Source: Flammeovirgaceae bacterium UBA2338 (GTDB lineage Bacteria; Bacteroidota; Bacteroidia; Cytophagales; Cyclobacteriaceae). Taken from it: a stretch of DNA of 64,000 nucleotides. Positions within the stretch are counted from its first letter, which is position 1. Every line of letters begins with the position of its first letter. Shown piece after piece: positions 57,371 through 64,000 of the stretch. A model generated the notes under the pieces. That model saw only the letters and a list, made by a program, of their open reading frames with translations, searched no databases and had not been told where the DNA came from. Both the position numbers and the translations under genes were made by a program. The stretch lies in NCBI GenBank assembly GCA_002344795.1, contig DDUM01000054.1:66062-130061 (forward strand), read 5' to 3'.

Positions 57371-58588
57371 GTGAGACAAAAGGAAGCTAAGTATCAATTC
57401 GAAGCGGTGTTTAATCATGCCACAATTGGAATGATTATAGCCGATTCAGAAGGGAGAATCACACAGTTCAATCGGTTTGCCGAAACACAGTTTGGTTATT
57501 CTGAAGAAGAGGTCATTGGCGAATCAATAGAGATGCTGCTTCCAGTAGAGATGAAAGAGCGGCATATCCATCATCGTGACCAATTTATCAAAGCTCCATC
57601 CAATAGAGCAATGGGAGCGGGTAGAGATTTATTCGCAAAACGAAAAGACAACACAGTATTTCCTGTTGAGGTCAGCCTGAGCCATTTTAAGAAAGAAGAG
57701 GAGAGCTTTGTAATCGCATTTATTATAGATATCTCAGTAAGAAAAAAAAATGAAGCAGAGCTAGCGGAGTCCACAGAGAAGATAAAAATAATAAACACTG
57801 AGCTGGAGGAAAAGATAGACAGCAGAACCAAAATGCTGCGTGAGACCTTAGCAGAACTGGAGGCATCCAAAGAGAATTTGCATAAGGCGTTAAAAAAAGA
57901 AAGAGAATTAGGAGATCTTAAGTCCAGATTTGTAACCCTGGCCTCGCATGAGTTTAGAACTCCTTTAAGTACGATTTTGTTGTCAGCATCTTTAATAGGA
58001 AAATATACTTTAGAAGAGGAGGATGTAAAAAGACAAAAGCATGTTGACCGGATAAAAGAAGCAGTTAACAATATGCGTGACATTTTAGAAGACTTTCTGT
58101 CTTTAGGAAAATTGGAAGAAGGACAGGTGGATGTCAATATGGAATTACTATCCAATGAAGAACTAAAAGAAGAGCTCTATAAGGTGGTAAATAGTATGGA
58201 GCAGCTTCGTAAAGATGGGCAAAAAATCAACTTTGAGTGTAATGCAGATGCTGTAAAAGTCGACAAGAAGCTAATGGCAAGTGTTCTCTCCAACCTTCTT
58301 TCCAATGCAATAAAATTCAGCCCGGAGAACTCGAAAATTCAATTGAAATGTGAAATGAGTAATAATGTATTTCGTTTTATGGTAAAAGATGCTGGAATTG
58401 GCATATCAGAGGAGGACCAGCAACATCTATTCGAACGATTTTTTAGGGCTCAGAATGCATCCAATATACAAGGTACTGGGTTGGGCTTAAATATTGTATC
58501 CAAATACCTGGAGTTGATGGGGGGTAAAATAAACTGTAAAAGTGAGATAAATGTTGGGACTACCTTTTACATAGAAATTCCGCAATAA
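57371..58588 (+). CDS. PAS-domain sensor histidine kinase, FixL-like heme-PAS
   Basis: LLPxxxxxxH (His65) and AMGAGR (Arg85); HEFRTPL; NLLSNAIKF, DAGIG, GTGLGL; GTG start. Confidence 0.88.
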   Translation: MRQKEAKYQFEAVFNHATIGMIIADSEGRITQFNRFAETQFGYSEEEVIGESIEMLLPVEMKERHIHHRDQFIKAPSNRAMGAGRDLFAKRKDNTVFPVEVSLSHFKKEEESFVIAFIIDISVRKKNEAELAESTEKIKIINTELEEKIDSRTKMLRETLAELEASKENLHKALKKERELGDLKSRFVTLASHEFRTPLSTILLSASLIGKYTLEEEDVKRQKHVDRIKEAVNNMRDILEDFLSLGKLEEGQVDVNMELLSNEELKEELYKVVNSMEQLRKDGQKINFECNADAVKVDKKLMASVLSNLLSNAIKFSPENSKIQLKCEMSNNVFRFMVKDAGIGISEEDQQHLFERFFRAQNASNIQGTGLGLNIVSKYLELMGGKINCKSEINVGTTFYIEIPQ

Positions 58589-58635
58589 TCCGTTTTACTT
58601 TTGCTAATCTTGTATTAGTGGAATAATATTTCTTT

Positions 58636-59694
58636 ATGAAAAACATTCTGATCATCGAAGATAACCTGGAGGTAAGGGAGAATACGGCTGAGATCCTTGA
58701 ATTGGCCGGCTACAAGGTGTTTACAGCAGAGAACGGTAAAATTGGAGTAGAAGTAGCCATTGATGAGAAGCCTGACCTAATTGTATGCGATATTATGATG
58801 CCTGTGCTGGATGGCTACGGGGTGCTTCATTTGCTCAGTAAAAACCCCGAAACCACAACTATCCCATTTATTTTTTTAACTGCAAAAGCAGAGAAAAGCG
58901 ACTATCAAAAGGGGATGGAAATGGGTGCGGATGGGTATATTTCTAAACCTTTTGATGACACTGAGCTTCTTAATGCAATCGAAACAAGGTTAAGAAAGAG
59001 TGAGATTCTGAAACGAAGCTATACTCATGACCAGGCGGGTGTAGATAGTTTTATTGATTCAGTAAAGTCAAGTACCAATATAAAATTGCTGTCAGACGGT
59101 TATGAGGTGGCTAAGTTCAAGAAAAAGCACTCCTTGTATTCTGAAGCAGGATATCCCCGGAATTTGTTTTTTGTAAAATCCGGAAAGGTAAAAACCTATA
59201 AAATCAACGAGGATGGCAAAGAGTTGATTATTGAGGTAAGCAGTACTGGAGACTTTGTAGGCTATACACCTATTTTGGAAGATACTATTTACAAAGATGC
59301 TGCTGAAATATTGGAGGATGCTGAGGTAATGATCATTCCTCGTGAGGATTTTGTTAACCTGATTAGCTACGATAGTCAGGTAGCTGGCCAGTTTATCAAA
59401 CTGCTTGCAAAAAATGTTAGAGAAAAAGAAGATCGGTTGCTTAGTCTGGCATATAACTCTGTGCGTAAACGTGTCGCTTCCGGTTTGATTGAAATATTTG
59501 ACAAGTTCAAAGGGGAGACGCAAGAGGACACCAGAATAAAAATATCACGCGATGATTTGGCAAGAATCGTAGGCACTGCAACAGAATCTTTAATCAGGAC
59601 CTTAAGCGATTTTAAAAGCGAAAAATTGATAGATATTGAATCTGGTAAAATACTTATCCTCCAGGAAAACAAGTTGAGGTATTTGTCCAATTAG
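58636..59694 (+). CDS. Response regulator fusing REC, cNMP-like and Crp/Fnr HTH domains
   Basis: IIED, CD52IMMP, FLTAK; second half YNSVRKRVA and ISRDDLARIVGTATESLIR. Confidence 0.9.
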   Translation: MKNILIIEDNLEVRENTAEILELAGYKVFTAENGKIGVEVAIDEKPDLIVCDIMMPVLDGYGVLHLLSKNPETTTIPFIFLTAKAEKSDYQKGMEMGADGYISKPFDDTELLNAIETRLRKSEILKRSYTHDQAGVDSFIDSVKSSTNIKLLSDGYEVAKFKKKHSLYSEAGYPRNLFFVKSGKVKTYKINEDGKELIIEVSSTGDFVGYTPILEDTIYKDAAEILEDAEVMIIPREDFVNLISYDSQVAGQFIKLLAKNVREKEDRLLSLAYNSVRKRVASGLIEIFDKFKGETQEDTRIKISRDDLARIVGTATESLIRTLSDFKSEKLIDIESGKILILQENKLRYLSN

Positions 59695-60050
59695 TGGTTA
59701 TTCATCAGTTCGGCTTCATGGTTCTGTCTTTCCAATGACCAATCTTCGGTTAATGAAGTTTCGATCCACATGGAGCCGGATTTGCGGTAAACCAGGCACA
59801 ATATTCCTGTTTTTTCAAGAACTATAGCTTTTAGCTGGGCTACGGTGGTGGAAGGGCTCAGATTTACAGAAATAGAATCTTTACTCAGTGGAAAGTTAGA
59901 AGCCAAAAGGGGGCCTGTTTTGTAATTCTTGCTATCAGAAGGATTTAATAGAGGTTTGAAAAACTCAATTTTTAAGAATGGAAAGAGCGTTGTGAAATCT
60001 TTCTGAAAACCACCTACTGATTTACCTTCATCAATTTTTAGAACCGGCAT
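59691..60050 (-). CDS. Hypothetical cytoplasmic protein
   Basis: FPFLKIEFF, TTVAQL, VYRKSG.MWIET.LT.DWSL..QN; start ATG 60050 or TTG 60068. Confidence 0.7.
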   Translation of the reverse strand: MPVLKIDEGKSVGGFQKDFTTLFPFLKIEFFKPLLNPSDSKNYKTGPLLASNFPLSKDSISVNLSPSTTVAQLKAIVLEKTGILCLVYRKSGSMWIETSLTEDWSLERQNHEAELMNNH

Positions 60051-60088
60051 TTGACTGAATACTAACAATGCATTTTAACCTATTCTCC

Positions 60089-60096
60089 CAAAGTTA
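60089..60096 (-). promoter_or_regulatory. -7 element TAACTTTG
   Basis: Exact TAnnTTTG on the minus strand, 23 nt from the proximal Fnr-type box. Confidence 0.65.
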
Positions 60097-60119
60097 ACTA
60101 CACACTGGCCGCATTTTAA

Positions 60120-60153
60120 TGATTGCTGTCAAGTTGGGCTATGATAAAAATCA
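60120..60153. promoter_or_regulatory. Tandem Fnr/FixK-type boxes
   Basis: TGATTGCTGTCA (60120-60131) and TGATAAAAATCA (60142-60153), 22-bp period. Confidence 0.7.
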
Positions 60154-60263
60154 CTTCATCATTAGGACTTACAATACACGCCCTAAAGTTGCTGCGAGAC
60201 CTGTTGCGAACATCCCTAAAATGGAACCCTTACTTTTTACTTTGGACACTAGTTTGGTTTCTA

Positions 60264-62627
60264 TCACAAATGTTCTGCGATCATGATATTTTCTATTCCC
60301 CTAATCATAGCATCTGGATTAAAGGAAATCGAGTCAATACCACACTCGACAAGAAACTTAGTATATTCCGGATAATCACTTGGAGCCTGACCACATAGCC
60401 CCACTTTTACACCGGCATTCTGCGCAGCGTCTATAAGGTGCTTGATTTGCGTTTTAATGGCTTCATTATTTTCATCAAATAGGTTGCTGACAATTGCTGA
60501 ATCGCGATCCAATCCCAGTGTGAGTTGTGTTAAATCATTAGAGCCAATGGAAAAGCCATCAAAAAGTGCGGCAAACTCTTTAGCCAGAATGATATTGCTG
60601 GGTATTTCAGCCATTACGTAAACCTCTAGTTTGTTTTGTCCCTGAACCAAACCATTTTTTTTCATTTCTTCTAATACTTTCTCTCCTTCCTGAATTGTTC
60701 TGCAAAAGGGGATCATTACCTTAACGTTGACCAGCCCCATATCATCTCTTAACTTTTTGATGGCTGCACATTCCAATGCAAATCCATCTCTATATCTTTC
60801 GTTGTAATACCTACTAGCCCCTCTGAATCCCAACATGGGATTTTCTTCTTCCGGTTCAAATGGTTTTCCACCCAGTAATTTTGCGTACTCATTTGATTTA
60901 AAATCACTCATTCTAACAATAACATCTTTTGGATAGAAGGCGGCTGCAACCAAAGCAAGGGACTCTGCAAGGGTATCAATAAAAAATTGTTTTTTGTCTT
61001 TATAATGCCTGGTGAGCAAGTCTATTTTACTTTTGTCTGAATCATCCATTAGCTCATTATATTTTACCAATGCCATCGGATGTACCTGTACGCTATTGTT
61101 GATGATAAACTCCATCCGCAGCAAGCCAACACCTTGATTGGGGTAGCTGGCGTGAAACAATGCTTTCTTAGGATCCGCCAGTATCAGCATGGGTTTTACC
61201 CTGGTGTTCTTCAGGTGTTCAAGGGATGTTTCCTTTACTTTCCATTCCAACTTTCCTTCATAAACAAACCCTTCATCACCACTTGCGCAGGACACTGTGA
61301 TGAGCTGATTGTCTTTCAACTTTTGCGTTGCGTAAAGTGTGCCCACCAGGGCGGGTATGCCAAGTTCGCGGGCAACAATAGAGGCGTGACTGGTTCGACC
61401 ACCTTGGTTTGTAACAATACACACCGCTTTTTTAAGCAATGCATTCCAGTCAGGGTTGGTTATGTCTGCAACAATAATATCGCCTTGTTTTACTTTTTTA
61501 CTATCAGCAAGACTTTCTACAATTGTTACTCTACCACTAACAATAGATTGACCAACCGCTTTGCCGCTTACAATTGGCACAGCATCTGTTTTTAGAGTGT
61601 ATTCTTTTAGGGTTATTGATTTCTGTTTTGCATGTATGGTTTCGGGGCGCGCCTGTACAATAAAAAGTTGATTATTTAATCCATCTTTTGCCCATTCTAT
61701 GTCCATTGGCATTTTGTAATGTTTCTCAATTTGATAACACCAATTTCCCAATTGTTCTATTTCTTTAGGAGTTAGCACATATTGATCTCTTAAATGAAAA
61801 GGGGTTTGCTTCCATTCTGTAGATCCATGTTCATTATAGACAACCATTTGTTGTTTGGAGCCCATAGTTCTGTATACGAGACTTTTCCTGTTTTGCTCAA
61901 GCAAAGGTTTTAACAGGTAGAATTCATCTGTATTCACTGCTCCTTGTACAACGCTTTCCCCCAATCCCCAGGCACCTGTAATGTAGATTAGATTCTTATT
62001 GCCGTTTTCAGGTTCAATGGTGAATGCTACTCCTGCACAACTTTTGTCAGAGCGTACCATCAACTGTATTCCCACTGATAGCCCCACCTGATCATGCTTA
62101 AAACCATTGTCGATTCGGTATTTAATAGCCCTGTCATTATACAAAGAAGTGTAACACCCCATTACAGCTGTGTATAATTGATCTATGCCCCGTACATTCA
62201 GAAATGAATCATGCTGACCAGCAAAACTGGCTTCTGGTGAATCTTCTGCTATTCCACTACTGCGTACAGCAAAAGTAACCTCCTCCCCATAGGTACTGAT
62301 GATCTTTTGATAAGCCGATTGTAATGATGCTTTGACGTCAGTTGGTAATGTGGCCTTGCTTACAATGTCTCTGCAATAGTTTCCAATTTCTGATAAATTA
62401 TCCATAGAGGATAATTCAAGTGAACTAAGTTTGACTTCGAGGAGTTCTCCCAGCTTATTCGAATCTATAAATTTTACGAAGGCATCAGCGGTAAGGGCAA
62501 ACCCATCAGGGATATTGATATCATATTGAGACAGGCTTTGAATCATCTCACCAAGAGATCCATTTTTACCTCCAACTAGAGGAAGATCCCTCATCGTTAT
62601 TTTTGAAAACGGAATTATATAATTCAT
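60264..62627 (-). CDS. ppsA: Phosphoenolpyruvate synthase
   Basis: VGGKNGSLGEM, AVRSS..EDS..ASFAGQ, GAWGLGE, DIEWAKD, GGRTSHA, EENPMLGFRGA, SIGSNDLTQ. Confidence 0.95.
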   Translation of the reverse strand: MNYIIPFSKITMRDLPLVGGKNGSLGEMIQSLSQYDINIPDGFALTADAFVKFIDSNKLGELLEVKLSSLELSSMDNLSEIGNYCRDIVSKATLPTDVKASLQSAYQKIISTYGEEVTFAVRSSGIAEDSPEASFAGQHDSFLNVRGIDQLYTAVMGCYTSLYNDRAIKYRIDNGFKHDQVGLSVGIQLMVRSDKSCAGVAFTIEPENGNKNLIYITGAWGLGESVVQGAVNTDEFYLLKPLLEQNRKSLVYRTMGSKQQMVVYNEHGSTEWKQTPFHLRDQYVLTPKEIEQLGNWCYQIEKHYKMPMDIEWAKDGLNNQLFIVQARPETIHAKQKSITLKEYTLKTDAVPIVSGKAVGQSIVSGRVTIVESLADSKKVKQGDIIVADITNPDWNALLKKAVCIVTNQGGRTSHASIVARELGIPALVGTLYATQKLKDNQLITVSCASGDEGFVYEGKLEWKVKETSLEHLKNTRVKPMLILADPKKALFHASYPNQGVGLLRMEFIINNSVQVHPMALVKYNELMDDSDKSKIDLLTRHYKDKKQFFIDTLAESLALVAAAFYPKDVIVRMSDFKSNEYAKLLGGKPFEPEEENPMLGFRGASRYYNERYRDGFALECAAIKKLRDDMGLVNVKVMIPFCRTIQEGEKVLEEMKKNGLVQGQNKLEVYVMAEIPSNIILAKEFAALFDGFSIGSNDLTQLTLGLDRDSAIVSNLFDENNEAIKTQIKHLIDAAQNAGVKVGLCGQAPSDYPEYTKFLVECGIDSISFNPDAMIRGIENIMIAEHL

Positions 62628-62679
62628 TGGATTCTATTTTAAGGGAGAGTAAAATACAGAACTATTCACCACGGTGAGA

Positions 62680-62713
62680 TGATAACCATCAAGACACCGA
62701 ATGATAAAGGTCA
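62680..62713. promoter_or_regulatory. Tandem Fnr/FixK-type boxes upstream of ppsA
   Basis: TGATAACCATCA (62680-62691) and TGATAAAGGTCA (62702-62713), 22-bp period. Confidence 0.7.
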
Positions 62714-63772
62714 ATTTTGAATGCTTGATGTACCTAAAAGCACCGACCAGGTTTTCAGTTTTGGCGAGTTATCAACGATAAGCTTGGCGATGGCAAGAAA
62801 AGGCACAAATAGAATCATGCCTGCAACACCCCAGATAATGCCACCAACAACGATTGCACTAATTGTAGCTAAGGCATTGATTTTCAATTTATTGCTAACA
62901 GCAAGTGGAAATATTAGGTTGGCTTCCAGGTATTGAACAAGGGAGAACAAAAAAACAACCCCTATTGGATACCAAATTGAATTGTAAGTGATCCATGACA
63001 TGGTCATGGGTAAGAGTGCCCCAACCATAATACCGACATAAGGGATGAAGGTAAGAATGGCCGCAGTATAGCCGAAGAAAATAGCATGAGGTACGCCCAA
63101 TACAAGTAATCCAACACTGTTTAATGTACCTACAGCAAGGTAAACAATACCCATACCTTTAATGAAGTTGTAATAGGCCGTAATGGTTTGACTGAGAACA
63201 GCTTTGATGCCTACTCGGCTTTCTATCGGGAAAATCATATACAAGGCCTTCACCAGCCTTTTTCTGTAAAAAAGTATAAGTGTTGAGTATATGGGAACCA
63301 GAATAAGCAAAACTGCAGATAGACTATAAGTGGATATCAAATGCCGAATAAGAGTAAACAAATTACCACTAGATTGATTGAGAATTTGGGTGAGGAGCTC
63401 ATTTTGCCGTATACGACTAACACCAAAAGTGGTGAATATATAGCCGCTGAATTGTTCGATAACTTCGAGGAGTTTTACTTTGATTACGGGCCACTCTGAA
63501 ATGAAGGTAGTAAACTGATATACCAATAGGAGGATTATTGCGGCTCCAAAAAGAATAACAACCGACATACTAAAAAGTATCGAAGCCATTCTGTTAATTG
63601 ATTTGCCTTCCAGCCACACACAAATGGGGTAGAGTACGAAACTAATCAGGACAGCAAAACTTAATGGAATAAAAAATGTGCGTCCGAAATACAGGATTAC
63701 GGATCCAAAAAAAACAGCTTGTAAAGCGACCAGATAACTATTGTTCCCTTTTGGAAGTGAGCGCAGTCCCAT
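62711..63772 (-). CDS. AI-2E (PerM/UPF0118) family transporter
   Basis: FFIPLSFA, PICVWLE, FIPYVG, VQYLEANLIFP, IWGVAGMILFVP. Confidence 0.9.
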   Translation of the reverse strand: MGLRSLPKGNNSYLVALQAVFFGSVILYFGRTFFIPLSFAVLISFVLYPICVWLEGKSINRMASILFSMSVVILFGAAIILLLVYQFTTFISEWPVIKVKLLEVIEQFSGYIFTTFGVSRIRQNELLTQILNQSSGNLFTLIRHLISTYSLSAVLLILVPIYSTLILFYRKRLVKALYMIFPIESRVGIKAVLSQTITAYYNFIKGMGIVYLAVGTLNSVGLLVLGVPHAIFFGYTAAILTFIPYVGIMVGALLPMTMSWITYNSIWYPIGVVFLFSLVQYLEANLIFPLAVSNKLKINALATISAIVVGGIIWGVAGMILFVPFLAIAKLIVDNSPKLKTWSVLLGTSSIQN

Positions 63773-63898
63773 TTGATTGATAATTATAATTTTTTTTTAA
63801 GAAAAGGAATCAATAGCCTTGGATATTCCATGACTTTCAGATTTCAAAATATGAACAGTACGATTGTGCATATTAAAACGACTGACCCCATTATTCTA

Positions 63899-63953
63899 TG
63901 ATAACAGTAAGTCAGGTGAATGATAAAAGTCAGTAAATAATTGATAAAAGTGT
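63899..63953. promoter_or_regulatory. Three phased Fnr/FixK-type boxes upstream of the AI-2E gene
   Basis: TGATAACAGTAA (63899), TGATAAAAGTCA (63921), TGATAAAAGTGT (63942); periods 22 and 21 bp. Confidence 0.6.
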
Positions 63954-64000
63954 ACTTATTTGAGGTGTCTATCTTTTAATACATCGCTTCTTTTAATTCC

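Noticed and set aside
57571-58155. 194-aa minus-strand Ser/Phe-rich ORF
   Set aside because: Antisense to the Glu/Lys-rich coiled coil of the kinase
60123-60398. 91-aa plus-strand ORF
   Set aside because: Overlaps the ppsA 3' end antisense and runs through regulatory boxes; no protein features
1-64000. tRNA, rRNA, CRISPR arrays and prophage genes
   Set aside because: None recognised; intergenic gaps are short and largely accounted for

Overview
Chromosomal window from a Bacteroidota genome, probably Cytophagales (SusC/SusD pair, T9SS C-terminal domains, TAnnTTTG promoters). I saw no rRNA, tRNA, CRISPR array or IS element. Content in order: two DUF5916-type barrel paralogues, an orphan PaaE-like reductase, peptidases, marR/yceI, a formate module (fhs-fdhD-fused FdsG/B-FdsA), a RelE/ParE toxin-antitoxin pair, a VPS10/BNR protein, alkB, a DEAD-box helicase, paaA-paaB(tandem)-paaC-paaD with a TetR regulator, an ECF sigma cassette, a beta-CASP nuclease, padR-pspC, a PorU2-like C25 protein, slyD, an orphan LuxR-type regulator, susC-susD-lipoprotein, a rearranged 51.3-57.3 kb island of small beta-barrel and secreted-protein genes, and a FixL-like kinase plus REC-Crp/Fnr fusion next to ppsA and an AI-2E transporter. 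Best leads: (1) a compact FixL to REC-Crp/Fnr oxygen-sensing system with three neighbouring promoters carrying 22-bp-phased TGAT-N4-RTCA boxes at identical geometry; (2) the alternating barrel/secreted-cargo array with three internal homology junctions; (3) a formate dehydrogenase that has lost all four ligands of its His/3Cys cluster; (4) a paa operon with a doubled PaaB, a PaaR-type operator and a remote reductase; (5) an S41 protein whose catalytic Ser is replaced by Asn. All family calls come from motif recognition, not database searches.
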